From an uncultured Acidobacteriota bacterium (GTDB taxonomy: Bacteria; Acidobacteriota; Vicinamibacteria; Fen-336): a stretch of DNA of 64,000 nucleotides. The notes below the pieces were generated by a model, which saw only the letters and a program-made list of their open reading frames with translations, was not told the origin of the DNA and ran no database searches. Positions 1-12,093 of the stretch are shown here, piece by piece (position 1 is the first letter of the stretch; every line of letters begins with the position of its first letter). The position numbers and the translations under genes are program-made. Location: assembly GCA_963720545.1 (NCBI GenBank), contig OY970399.1, positions 1,632,001 through 1,696,000 of the forward strand, written 5' to 3'.

Positions 1-2
1 TG

Positions 3-476
3 GTGACGCTCCTCGGCACACTCAAGGGACTGCCGATCGGCTACAACCGCGACCTGCAGGAAACCAAGCCGCCGCTGTTCGCGGCGGCCGATGCCGTGCG
101 CGGCGCGGTTGCGGCCATGACCGCCGCCGTCGCCGGCATGCGCGTCGATCGCGCCCGCATGGCGGCCGCCGCCGCCGATCCGGCGCTGGTGGCGATCGAC
201 CTCGTCGAACACCTGGTGACGAACGGCGTGCCGTTTCGCCGCGCGCACGGCATCGTCGCGCGCGTCGTGCGCGACTGCGCTGCCGCGTCGCGGCCGCTGC
301 TGTCGCTGAATGCCGCCGAATGGCGCCGCTACTCTCCAGCCCTCACCCCCGCAGTCGCCGCACGCCTTACGCCCGCGGCCTCCGCCGGCAAGCGCCGTTC
401 CCCGGGCGGCACCGCGCCGTCTCTGGTGGCGGCGCGGGCCCGGAGCTTGATGAAGCACGCAAGGAGGTCCGCATGA
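3..476 (+). CDS. argH: Argininosuccinate lyase, C-terminal part (5' end outside the window)
   Basis: LKGLPIGYNRDLQETK and GVPFRRAHGIV motifs; first gene of the arg cluster. Confidence 0.93.
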   Translation: MTLLGTLKGLPIGYNRDLQETKPPLFAAADAVRGAVAAMTAAVAGMRVDRARMAAAAADPALVAIDLVEHLVTNGVPFRRAHGIVARVVRDCAAASRPLLSLNAAEWRRYSPALTPAVAARLTPAASAGKRRSPGGTAPSLVAARARSLMKHARRSA

Positions 477-1501
477 AGTCGCAGACGCCGTCGCCGATCC
501 TGGTTCCCGTCACCTATTTCGCCTCGGTCACCACGCCGCTCCGCCTCACGAACCCGGTCGAGCTCGATGGCGAAGCGAACGTGACGCCGGGACAGGTCGT
601 CGTGGTGCGCGCCCTCGGCGAGAACCCGAAGTATCCGGAGCTCGAGCTGTGCGACGGCAGCCGGGTGGTGGTGCGCGCCGGCGACGTCATCGCCACCACG
701 GTCGGCAGCCGCCAGGCGCTGCGCGGCTTCGTCGGCGAGTCGCCGAAGCGGGTCGCCACAGGCGACGTGCTCGGCCTCCTCAACCTCGGCGGCGTCGTCG
801 GCCGGCCGATCTCGGGCAGCGCCGAAGTGGGCATGCCGGTGCCGGTGGAAGTGCTCGGCGTGTCGCGCCTGCACCTCGCCGATGTCGCCTTGCCCCGGCC
901 GCGCTCGCTCGCCTCGATCCCGCCCATCGTCCTGGTCGCCGGCTCGTGCATGAACGTCGGCAAGACGGTCACCACCGAGAAGCTGATCGCCGGCCTCACG
1001 GCGCGCGGGCTCAAGGTCGGTGGCGCGAAGATCACCGGCGTCGGCTGCCTCAAGGACCAGATCCGCATGCTGGCCGCCGGCGCCGTGAAGGCGTACACAT
1101 TCCTCGACTGCGGCGTGCCTTCGACCGTCGACAGCGACGACGTCGCCGGCATCGCGCGCGCGATCGCGGCGGCGCTGCAAGGCGCCGACGCCATCGTCAT
1201 GGAGATGGGCGACGGCATCGTCGGCCACTACCGCGTCGACCGGCTGTTCGACGACAAGGAGCTGATGGCGCGCATCGACTCGCTGGTGTTCGTAGCCAGC
1301 GACCTGACCGCGGCCTGGGGCGGCAAGGAATTCCTGGCACGCCGCGGCGTGACGATCACGGCCGTCACCGGTGCGGCCACCGACAACGACTCCGGCGTGA
1401 ACTTCATCGAGCGCGAACTCGGCATCCCCGCCGCCAACTCGGTGCGCCAGACCGAGAAGCTGCTCAACACGCTGTCGCTGTCGCTCTCGATCGCCGTTTG
1501 A
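473..1501 (+). CDS. DUF1611-like P-loop protein embedded in the arg operon
   Basis: ATG at 473 after AAGGAGG, ATGA overlap with argH; GSCMNVGKT P-loop, AKITGVG, DCGVPST and EMGDG motifs. Confidence 0.7.
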   Translation: MKSQTPSPILVPVTYFASVTTPLRLTNPVELDGEANVTPGQVVVVRALGENPKYPELELCDGSRVVVRAGDVIATTVGSRQALRGFVGESPKRVATGDVLGLLNLGGVVGRPISGSAEVGMPVPVEVLGVSRLHLADVALPRPRSLASIPPIVLVAGSCMNVGKTVTTEKLIAGLTARGLKVGGAKITGVGCLKDQIRMLAAGAVKAYTFLDCGVPSTVDSDDVAGIARAIAAALQGADAIVMEMGDGIVGHYRVDRLFDDKELMARIDSLVFVASDLTAAWGGKEFLARRGVTITAVTGAATDNDSGVNFIERELGIPAANSVRQTEKLLNTLSLSLSIAV

Positions 1502-2481
1502 GCGTGGTTCGTACTGTCGTCTGCGGTGCGTCCGGTTACATTGGCGGCGAAGCCGCGCGCCTGCTGCTCGCCCATCCCGACTTCGAGCTCGTTGGCGTCT
1601 GCGGCAGCGAGACGGCTGGCCAGCGCCTCGACGCGGTGATCCCGGCGCTGCGCGGCTTCACCGACCTGGTGGTGGCGCAGGACGTGCCGCCCGCCGATGC
1701 CTACGTGCTTGCGATGGGCCACGGCGAAGCGATGCGCCTCGCGCCGACCCTTGGAGGCAGGATCGTCGACCTCTCCGGGGACTTCCGCCTGCAGGACCCG
1801 GCGGCCTACGAGCGCTACTACAAGCGCCCGCACGGCGCCACGGAACTGCTGCCGCAGTTCGCCTATGGCGTCCCCGAGATCAACGCGGCTGCGATCCGCG
1901 AGTCGCGCCACGTGGCGGCCGGCGGCTGCTTCGCCACCGCCGCCATCCTGTCGCTGTGGCCGCTGCGCCGCCTCACGGTGGGCACGGCGATCGTCGACGG
2001 CAAGACCGGGTCCTCCGGCAGCGGCGTGCGGCCGGGAGAGAAGACCCATCATCCGTTTCGCGACGGGGCCTTCTTTCCCTACGAGCCATTCCACCACCGA
2101 CACGTGCCCGAGATCGAGCAGGCGACCGGCGTCAAGGTCCTGTTCCAGCCGCACTCGACGCCGCTGGTGCGCGGCGTGTTCACCACCAGCTACATCACGC
2201 TCGCCGAAGCGGCCACCACCGACATGCTGCTCGACCTGTTCAGTGCCGCCTACACGGGCTCGCGCTTCGTGCGCGTGGGCAAGGGCGCGGTGAACGTCAC
2301 CAACGTCCGCGGCTCGAACTTCATCGACATCGGCGTCGTCTCCGAGGGGCGCACGGCGATCGTGTTCGCGGCCCTGGACAACCTCGTCAAGGGCGGCGCA
2401 GGCCAGGGGATCCAGTGCCTGAACCTGATGTTCGGCTTCGACGAGACGCGCGGCCTGTTGCAGGCGCCGGCGCGGCCATAA
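1498..2481 (+). CDS. argC: N-acetyl-gamma-glutamyl-phosphate reductase
   Basis: GASGYIG, DLSGDFRL, GGCFATA, GSSGSG, DNLVKGGAGQ; TTGA overlap with the upstream gene (GTG 1504 is an alternative start). Confidence 0.93.
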   Translation: MSVVRTVVCGASGYIGGEAARLLLAHPDFELVGVCGSETAGQRLDAVIPALRGFTDLVVAQDVPPADAYVLAMGHGEAMRLAPTLGGRIVDLSGDFRLQDPAAYERYYKRPHGATELLPQFAYGVPEINAAAIRESRHVAAGGCFATAAILSLWPLRRLTVGTAIVDGKTGSSGSGVRPGEKTHHPFRDGAFFPYEPFHHRHVPEIEQATGVKVLFQPHSTPLVRGVFTTSYITLAEAATTDMLLDLFSAAYTGSRFVRVGKGAVNVTNVRGSNFIDIGVVSEGRTAIVFAALDNLVKGGAGQGIQCLNLMFGFDETRGLLQAPARP

Positions 2482-2514
2482 AAAAGCATAGAGAAGGGAA
2501 CCGCGAAGCAAGAC

Positions 2515-3651
2515 ATGGGACTGCTGAAGACGTTCAAGACGCTGCCGCTCGAAGTGGAGCGCGGCGCCGACGTGTGGGTCTGGGACTCCGCCGGGCGGCG
2601 CTACCTCGACCTCTACGCCGGCCACGCCGTCTGCTCCACCGGCCACTGCCATCCGAAGGTGGTGGCCGCGATCCAGCGGCAGGCGGCGACACTCATCTTC
2701 TATTCGAACGTCGCCGGGTCGCGGCTGCGGGACGCGGCCGCCGAGCAGCTGCTCGCGCATGCGCCGCACTTTTCTTCGGTGCTGTTCGCGAACTCGGGCG
2801 CCGAGGCCAACGAGAACGCGCTCAAGATGGTGCGGCGCCTCACCGGCCGCGAGCAGGTCATCGCCATGGACGGCGGCTTTCACGGCCGCACCGCCGGCGC
2901 CATGTCGGTGACCGGCGTCGCAAAGTACCGCGCGACCTCGCAGCCCCTGCTCCCCGGCGTCACCTTCGTGCCATTCGGCGCAACGCCGCGGGTGGGCACC
3001 GACGTGGCGGCGGTCATCGTCGAGCCGGTGCAGTCGATGGCGGGTATGAAGACTGCGCCGCCGTCCTGGTTTCGCGAGCTGCGCGCTGCCTGCGACGCGG
3101 CGGGCGCGCTCCTCATCTTCGACGAAGTGCAGACCGGCATCGGCCGCACCGGCACCATGTTCTTCTCCGGCCGCGACGGCGTGAACGCGGACCTCGTCAC
3201 GCTCGCGAAGGGCATCGGCAGCGGCTTTCCCCTGTCGGCGGTGCTGGCGACGGCGCCGGTGGCGGCGAGCGTGCAGTACGGCGAGTACGGCGCCACCTAC
3301 GGCGCCGGCCCGCTCGCGATGGCGGCGATGCAGGCGACTCTCGAGGTCGTGGACGGGCTGCTGCCGTCGGTGCGCGAAGTCGGCCGCTATCTTGCCGGGC
3401 GCTGTGCCGCCGTTCCCGGCGTCGCCGAGGTGCGCGGGCTCGGTCTCCTCCTCGGGCTGAAGCTGCAGGGCGGCGCGGATGCCGGTGCGGCGCAGCGCGC
3501 GCTCCTCGCTGCCGGCTTCATCACCGGCACCGCGGACGAGCCCTCGGTGCTGCGGCTGCTGCCGCCCTTGACCCTCACGCGCGAGCACGTCGATGCGTTC
3601 GTGCCGGCTCTCGAATCGGTCCTGCAGGCGTGGGCGGCGCCTGTTTCCTGA
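2515..3651 (+). CDS. argD: Acetyl/succinyl-ornithine aminotransferase (class III PLP)
   Basis: NSGAEANE, FHGRT, IFDEVQTGIGRTG, TLAKG. Confidence 0.92.
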   Translation: MGLLKTFKTLPLEVERGADVWVWDSAGRRYLDLYAGHAVCSTGHCHPKVVAAIQRQAATLIFYSNVAGSRLRDAAAEQLLAHAPHFSSVLFANSGAEANENALKMVRRLTGREQVIAMDGGFHGRTAGAMSVTGVAKYRATSQPLLPGVTFVPFGATPRVGTDVAAVIVEPVQSMAGMKTAPPSWFRELRAACDAAGALLIFDEVQTGIGRTGTMFFSGRDGVNADLVTLAKGIGSGFPLSAVLATAPVAASVQYGEYGATYGAGPLAMAAMQATLEVVDGLLPSVREVGRYLAGRCAAVPGVAEVRGLGLLLGLKLQGGADAGAAQRALLAAGFITGTADEPSVLRLLPPLTLTREHVDAFVPALESVLQAWAAPVS

Positions 3652-4655
3652 TGGCCGTGCCGCGCGACTTCATCAGCACGCTCGACTGGTCGAAGCCGCA
3701 GCTGACGGCGCTGCTGCGCGACGCGGCGGCCCTGAAGAAGTCGCGGCGCAGCGGCAACGCCAGGGCACGGCCGCTCGCCGGCAAGAGCATGGCGCTCCTC
3801 TTCTTCAACCCGTCGTTGCGCACCCGCGTCTCGTTCCAGGTGGCGCTCGCCGAACTTGGCGCAACTGCCGTCGCCTCGACCGTCGGCGCCGATTCCTGGA
3901 CGCTCGAGCATCGCGCCGGCGCCGTCATGGACCAGGACCGCACCGAGCACGTCAAGGATGCCGCCGCGGTGCTCTCGCGCTACGTCGACGCGATCGGCGT
4001 GCGTTCGTTTCCCGGGCTGCAGTCGCTCGCTGACGACATGGCCGATCCGGTGATCGCCGCTTTCCGCAGCTACGCGTCGGTGCCCGTCGTCAACCTCGAG
4101 TCCGCGTTGTGGCATCCGTGCCAGGCCCTGGCCGACGCCATGACCGCGGCCGAGCGGCTGGGCCGTGGGGCCTTCGACCCCGGCGTGCTCAAAGGGGCGC
4201 GGGTGACGCTCACGTGGGCCTATCACCCCAGGGCGCTGCCCACAGCGGTCGGCAACTCGTTCGCGGCCATCATGTCGCAGCTGGGCGCCGACCTCACGAT
4301 CGCGCATCCGCCGGAGTTCCCGCTTCCCGAACAGGTGCTTCGGGCGCTGCCGCGGGCGCCGCGCATCGTGCACAGCAAGCAGGACGGACTCGCGGGCGCG
4401 CAGATCGTGTGCGCGAAGTCGTGGGGTGCGCTTGGCTACTACGGGCGCTGGGCTGCGGAAGCAAAGCTGCGCAACACCTTGCGCAGCTGGATTTGCGACA
4501 CCGTGCCTGCCAAGGCGACCTTCCTCCATTGCCTGCCGGTGCGCCGCAACGTGGAAGTGGCCGACGCCGTGCTCGACGGTCGCGGCAGCGCCATATATGA
4601 CGAGGCCGAGAACCGGCTGCACGTGCAGAAGGCGATCCTCAAGAGGCTCTTGTGA
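3651..4655 (+). CDS. argF: N-acyl(acetyl/succinyl)-ornithine carbamoyltransferase (ArgF' type)
   Basis: SLRTR, HPCQALAD, TWAYHP, KSWG and HCLPVRRN motifs typical of AOTCase/SOTCase; TGATG overlap. Confidence 0.9.
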   Translation: MAVPRDFISTLDWSKPQLTALLRDAAALKKSRRSGNARARPLAGKSMALLFFNPSLRTRVSFQVALAELGATAVASTVGADSWTLEHRAGAVMDQDRTEHVKDAAAVLSRYVDAIGVRSFPGLQSLADDMADPVIAAFRSYASVPVVNLESALWHPCQALADAMTAAERLGRGAFDPGVLKGARVTLTWAYHPRALPTAVGNSFAAIMSQLGADLTIAHPPEFPLPEQVLRALPRAPRIVHSKQDGLAGAQIVCAKSWGALGYYGRWAAEAKLRNTLRSWICDTVPAKATFLHCLPVRRNVEVADAVLDGRGSAIYDEAENRLHVQKAILKRLL

Positions 4656-5542
4656 AGTCCGGCGACCTCGACACATTGCGCGAAGCGCTGCCCTACATCA
4701 ACCGCTTTCGCGGCACCACCTTCGTGGTGAAGATCGGCGGCGAGATCGCCGACCAGGCGGAGACGCTCGCGCCCTTCTGCCAGGAAGCGGCGCTGCTCGC
4801 GCGCGTCGGCATCCGCATGGTGGTGATCCACGGCGGCGGCAAGCAGGCGAGCGAACTGCAGCAGCGGCTCGGCATCGAGCCACGCATGGTGCAAGGCCGG
4901 CGCGTCACCGACTCGGACACGCTCGACATCGTGATGATGGCGTTCGCGGGCAAGGTCAACACCGAGATCCTCTCGTCCTTCCGCAAGTCAGGCGTCGACG
5001 CGGTCGGCCTCTCCGGCATCGACGGCGGCATCGTCCATGCCGTGCGCCGGCCGCCGAAGCAGGTGCGCGATGAAAAGACCGGTATCGACGAGATGGTCGA
5101 CTACGGCCACGTCGGCGACATCGAGAGAGTGGACCCGCGCCTGCTGACGGCGCTGCTCGACCAGGATTTCGTGCCGGTGATCGCCTCGCTCGGCGGCGAC
5201 GACGACGGCGCCATCTTCAACATCAACGCCGACACTGTGGCGGCGAAGATCGCCGGCGCGCTGCGCGCCGAAAAACTCATCCTGGTGACCGACGTCGAGG
5301 GCATCCTCGACGGCGGCGGAGCCCTCATCTCGCGCGCCACACCCGAAGAGGTCGACAGCGCCATCCGGGGCGGCGTCATCCGCGGCGGCATGGTGCCGAA
5401 GGCGCAGTCGGCCGTAGGCGCGCTCGGCGAGGGGGTCGGCACCGTGCACATCATCAGCGGCAAGCGCCCCTCGACGCTCCTGGGCGAAGTGTTCACCGAA
5501 AAGGGCTCGGGCACCATGATCACGCGCACGGCGCTTCGGTGA
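4652..5542 (+). CDS. argB: Acetylglutamate kinase
   Basis: VVKIGG, IHGGG, GRRVTD, NINADTVA, GGMVPK. Confidence 0.94.
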   Translation: MKSGDLDTLREALPYINRFRGTTFVVKIGGEIADQAETLAPFCQEAALLARVGIRMVVIHGGGKQASELQQRLGIEPRMVQGRRVTDSDTLDIVMMAFAGKVNTEILSSFRKSGVDAVGLSGIDGGIVHAVRRPPKQVRDEKTGIDEMVDYGHVGDIERVDPRLLTALLDQDFVPVIASLGGDDDGAIFNINADTVAAKIAGALRAEKLILVTDVEGILDGGGALISRATPEEVDSAIRGGVIRGGMVPKAQSAVGALGEGVGTVHIISGKRPSTLLGEVFTEKGSGTMITRTALR

Positions 5543-5578
5543 CGATAACGCGGCTCGTCTTGTGGTATCTGTTGCGTC

Positions 5579-6604
5579 ATGGCTCGACCGCGAGACCGGA
5601 CGCAGCGCCGCACCGTTGACGCAGCTTCGGCCGCGCTCCTGGCACTCGCCGCGGCGGCGCTCGCCGCCCTCGGTAGCGCCGCCGCGGGCAGCGTCGCCTA
5701 CAGCGCGCCGGCCGCACCCGGCTTCGGCATGCTGCACCTCGGCCCCGAACGGCTCGTGATCTCCTATCCCGACGCGCAGGGCACGGTGAAGGGGCACCTC
5801 GTCGCACGCATCAACCGCGACCGGCAGCTGCACGGCGTGCCGCCGCTGCGCTACGACGCGCGACTGGCGCTCACCGGCGACCGCTTCACCCACGACCAGG
5901 CGCTCGCGGCCTCGAACGGCCACTGGGACCCGGCGGGCCGCCCGCCTTACGTGCGCTGGGGCCTCGCCGGCGGCGTCGACTTCCACTCGCAGAACGCCGG
6001 CTCCTATTCGAACAGCGGCGGCATCGTCCCGGACGCGATCGAGGCGATCGCGCTGCAGATCCACGAGAGCATGATGGACGAGAGGCCGCCCGACGACGGC
6101 CACCGCCAGACCATCCTCAATCCCCTGCTGACCCACGTGGGTATCGGCCTGGCGCAGGTCGGCGGCGAGTTCCGCATCACCGAGGAGTTCAGCCGCGTCG
6201 CCTTCGAGTGGCTCGAGGTTCCCGATCGGCCGCTGCGGCCAGGCACCATCGCCGCCTTCTCGGGCAAGCCGCTCGCCGGCTTGGAGGTCGGCGTTGTCGA
6301 AATCGCGTTCGAGCCGCCGCCGCGCAAGCTCACGACGCGCGAGTTGAACAGCCGCGGCAGTTACTCGTACCCGCGCGCCTACAAGACGCTCTACCCGAAG
6401 CTGCGTAACGGCGGGTTCTATCGCAGCGGCGAAGCCGGCGAGTTCGACATCAGGCAGGACGGCGCCTTCTCGCTGCAGTTTCGCTGCGACCAGGGCCCCG
6501 GCTACTACTTCGTCCTCTGTTACGTGCGCAAGCGCGGCGAGCGGAACCCGCAAATGTTCCCGGCCACCGCGGCCATGGTCACCGTGGTCGCAAATAAGGG
6601 CTGA
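5579..6604 (+). CDS. CAP/SCP-domain exported protein
   Basis: INRDR...PL, GHRQTILNP..THVGIG motifs; N-terminal hydrophobic segment. Confidence 0.75.
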   Translation: MARPRDRTQRRTVDAASAALLALAAAALAALGSAAAGSVAYSAPAAPGFGMLHLGPERLVISYPDAQGTVKGHLVARINRDRQLHGVPPLRYDARLALTGDRFTHDQALAASNGHWDPAGRPPYVRWGLAGGVDFHSQNAGSYSNSGGIVPDAIEAIALQIHESMMDERPPDDGHRQTILNPLLTHVGIGLAQVGGEFRITEEFSRVAFEWLEVPDRPLRPGTIAAFSGKPLAGLEVGVVEIAFEPPPRKLTTRELNSRGSYSYPRAYKTLYPKLRNGGFYRSGEAGEFDIRQDGAFSLQFRCDQGPGYYFVLCYVRKRGERNPQMFPATAAMVTVVANKG

Positions 6605-6663
6605 GGCTGCTAGGCTTTTCTGCAGCGCCGCGGGCGTTCGATTCTCGTAACCCACTCACTTAT

Positions 6664-8735
6664 ATGACATTAGCTCAAGAACGCATCGACGCTGCTGCCG
6701 CCTCCTTGCGCCCGCCGAAGGCTCAGGAAAGACCGCACCAGGACACCTTCCACGGCGAAGTGCGCGACGACGACTACTTCTGGCTGCGCGACAAGGACGA
6801 TCCGGCGGTGCGCGAATACCTCGAGGCCGAGAACGCCTACGCCGACGGCATCATGGCCGGCACCGGCGAGCAGCAGGAGCGGCTCTACAAGGAGATGCTG
6901 TCGCACATCAAGGAAACCGATCTCTCGGTTCCCTACCGCGACGGCGGCCACTTCTACTACTCGCGCACCGAGGAGGGCTTGCAGTATCCGATCTACTGCC
7001 GCAAGCAGGGTTCGCTCGACGCGGCCGAAGAAGTGGTCCTCGACCTCAACGCGCTCGCCGCAGGCCAGCCGTTCATGGCGCTCGGCGCCTACGACGTCAG
7101 CAACGACGGCACGCTGCTCGCCTACTCGCTCGACAACACCGGCTTCCGCGAGTACACGCTCTACGTGATGGACCTGCGCACCCGCGCGCTCATCGGCGAA
7201 CCGATCCCGCGCACGGGTTCGGTTGCGTGGGCGCAGGACGGCAAGACGCTCTTCTACACCGTCGACGACAGCGCCAAGCGTCCGTACCGGCTGTACCGCC
7301 ATGTGCTCGGCACCGCAAGCCACGACCTGGTGCACGAGGAGAACGACGAGCTCTTCCGCATCGGCGTGGGCCAGACGCGCAGCCGCAAGTACATCCTGAT
7401 GTTTGCCGGCAGCCACACCACCAGCGAATGGTCGTACCTCGACGCGTCGGCGCCGCAGGGCGAGTTCCGTCTGGTGAGCCCGCGTCAGCACCAGCACGAA
7501 TACGACGTCGAGCATCACGGCGAGCGCTTCTTCATCCGCACCAACGACAGCGGCCGCAACTACCGACTGGTGGAGGCGCCGGTCGCGACTCCCGGCCGCG
7601 AACACTGGAAGGAAGTGGTGGCGCACCGGCCCGCGGTGATGCTCGAGGGCATCGAGTGCTTCGCGGGGTTCTACGCGCTGCTGGAGCGCGAGGACGGCGT
7701 GCCGCACGTGCGCATCACCGACATCGCCAGCGGCAAGTGGCACCGCATGGCGTTCCCGGAACCGGCGTATTCGGTGTTCCCCGCCGCCAACGTCGAGTGG
7801 CAGACCAGCCTGTTCCGCTACTCGTACCAGTCGCTCGTGACGCCGAACTCGATCTACGACTACGACGTCGCCGCGCGCAGCGCGACGCTCCTGAAGCAAA
7901 TCGAGGTACCGGGCGGCTTCGACGCCGCGAACTACGTGTCGGAGCGGCTGAGCGCGCGCGCCGCGGACGGCGTCGAAGTGCCGATCTCGCTCGTCTACCG
8001 CCGCGACCGGCGGCCCGCGGGCGGCGCGATGCCGCTTTACCTCAACGGCTACGGCTCCTACGGCTTTTCGCTGCCGGTCGCGTTCTCGGCGACGCGCCTG
8101 GTGCTGCTCGACCGCGGCGTCGCCTTTGCCATGGCGCACATCCGCGGCGGCGGCGAGATGGGCAAGCCGTGGCACGACGACGGCCGGATGCTGCGCAAGA
8201 TGAACACGTTCACCGACTTCATCGCGGTTGCCGAGCACCTGATCGCGGCGGGCTACACGACGCCCGGGACGCTGGCGATCGAAGGCGGCAGCGCCGGCGG
8301 CTTGCTGATGGGCGCCGTCTGCAACCTGCGCCCGGACCTCTTCCACGTGGTCGTCTCCAAGGTGCCGTTCGTGGACGTCATCAACACCATGATGGACGGC
8401 TCGCTGCCGCTGACGGCCGGCGAGTGGGAAGAGTGGGGCGACCCGCACAAGCCCGACGAGTACGCCTGCATCCGCCGCTATTGCCCGTACTCGAACCTCG
8501 AGGGCAAGGCGTATCCGCGCATGCTGGTGAAGACGGCGCTGAACGACAGCCAGGTGATGTTCTGGGAGCCGGCAAAGTACGTGGCGCGAATGCGGGCGCT
8601 GCGCCATGACCCGAACCTGCTGCTGCTCAAGACCAACATGAACGCCGGCCACGGCGGCTCTTCCGGCCGCTACGACTACCTGCGCGAGATCGCGTTCGAC
8701 TACGCCTTCGTCCTCAACCAACTGGGAATTGAGCC

Positions 8736-8739
<4 letters not shown>
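6664..8739 (+). CDS. ptrB: Oligopeptidase B (S9A prolyl oligopeptidase family)
   Basis: DDYFWLR, GYGSYG, HIRGGGE, GGSAGG nucleophile, DSQV, AGHGG. Confidence 0.92.
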
Positions 8740-10260
<1,521 letters not shown>

Positions 10261-10283
<23 letters not shown>

Positions 10284-10908
10284 CGGACGGACGCACGATC
10301 ATCGCGGCGATCGATGCCGCGATGCCGCCGACCGCGACGGTGAAGGCGATCCACAGCGTCAACTGCGGAAGCACGCCGATCAGCACCCAGCGCATCACAG
10401 GGCTCATCGCCATCAATTGCTCGGCCGCGGGACCGGTTCCGACGACGTCGTAATGGGTGCCCCAGGAGCCCATGATCGCGAAGAACATGACGATGACGAC
10501 GGGGATGCGCGCAGCGAATGCGTACTTGAACAGCGTCGAGAACAGCGCCGGCCAGGTGCGCGACGCGATCCAGAGGGACACTGCGGAGCCGACGACGAAG
10601 GCGCCGAGAAGGCCCGTCGGCATGCCGAAAGCTTTCAAGAGCCCGAACATGATGGCGGCGAAGGCTAGGAGCGCCGCAACGTAGATGCCCAGAGACTTGG
10701 CCGCCGAATCCGGCCCCTTGCCTTCGCCTGCGAGCTGCGCGCCAAACCACGCGCCGAACACGAGCACCAGCCATGAGATGCCGACGAGGGCGAAGCCGCC
10801 GCCGGCGCTGCGGTTGAACAAGGCAGGCGACCAGCCCTGCAGTTCACCGACGAGCCGCAGGATGGTGACCGCCAGAGTGATCAGCGCGGGAACAAGGATA
10901 CGTCCCAT
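10261..10908 (-). CDS. Multi-pass membrane protein, function unknown
   Basis: About six hydrophobic segments; AAGGAG RBS upstream. Confidence 0.7.
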
Positions 10909-11076
10909 GAGTTGTCTCCTTTGTCTTTACGGCGGGACGACAATACACCGGACCGCGGCCCGAAGGCGCGCGTGCCGCGGCCGGAAACCGCGGCAGCGGT
11001 GTAGTACACTCGCAACCGGAAAAAACCACCACGTTTTTTTCGTCGCCCGCTGCGCTAAACCAGCGACGGAGGCCTC

Positions 11077-12093
11077 GTGACCCCCAATCCAAAACAGCGG
11101 AAAAAAGTCGCCGCGCGGACCGCCGCCGGGCCGGTGTCGACGTTCATCGAGCGCCACTACCGGCACTTCAACGCGGCGACGCTGCTCGACGCGGCGCGCG
11201 CCTATGCGTCGCACGTCGATCGCGGTGGGGCCATGTTCATGACCCTGGCCGGGGCCATGAGCACCGCCGAACTCGGCCTGTCGCTTGCCGAGATGATCCG
11301 CAAGGGCAAGGTGCACGCCATCTGCTGCACCGGCGCCAACCTCGAAGAGGACGTCTTCAACCTGGTGGCGCACGACTACTACGTGCGCGTGCCCCACTAC
11401 CGCGACCTCACGCCCGGGGACGAGCAGGCCCTCCTCGACCGCCACCTGAACCGCGTCACCGACACCTGCATCCCCGAGGCGGAGGCCATGCGCCGCGTCG
11501 AGAAGGTGATGATCGACGAGTGGCGCGCCGCAGAGAAGCGCGGCGAACGGCTGTTCGCGCACCAGTTCCTGTACCGCGCGCTCAAGCGCCGCGAGCTGAT
11601 CCGCCACTTCCAGGTGCCGACCGAAAGCAGCTGGCTGCACGCGGCGATGGAGAAGAACCTGCCGATTTTCGTGCCCGGCTGGGAAGACTCGACGCTTGGC
11701 AACATGTACGCCGCCGAGTGCATGAATGGCGAGCTGAGCGGCGCGCACACAGTGAAGACCGGCGTCGAGACCATGATCGAGCTGGCCGGCTGGTACACGA
11801 AGGCGTCGAAGCGCCAGTCGATCGGCTTCTTCCAGATCGGCGGCGGCATCGCCGGCGACTTCCCCATCTGCGTCGTGCCGATGCTGCGCCAGGACCTGCG
11901 CCGCGACGTGCCGCTGTGGGGTTACTTCTGCCAGATCAGCGACTCGACCACCAGCTACGGCTCGTACTCGGGCGCCTCTCCCAACGAGAAGATCACCTGG
12001 GAGAAGCTCGCCATCGACACGCCCAAGTTCATCGTCGAGTCCGATGCCACGATCGTGGCGCCGCTGATGTTCGCGCACGTCCTCGGCTGGTGA
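11077..12093 (+). CDS. Deoxyhypusine synthase-like protein (possible homospermidine synthase)
   Basis: CTGANLEED, GGGIAGD, GSYSGASPNEKITWEK. Confidence 0.88.
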   Translation: MTPNPKQRKKVAARTAAGPVSTFIERHYRHFNAATLLDAARAYASHVDRGGAMFMTLAGAMSTAELGLSLAEMIRKGKVHAICCTGANLEEDVFNLVAHDYYVRVPHYRDLTPGDEQALLDRHLNRVTDTCIPEAEAMRRVEKVMIDEWRAAEKRGERLFAHQFLYRALKRRELIRHFQVPTESSWLHAAMEKNLPIFVPGWEDSTLGNMYAAECMNGELSGAHTVKTGVETMIELAGWYTKASKRQSIGFFQIGGGIAGDFPICVVPMLRQDLRRDVPLWGYFCQISDSTTSYGSYSGASPNEKITWEKLAIDTPKFIVESDATIVAPLMFAHVLGW

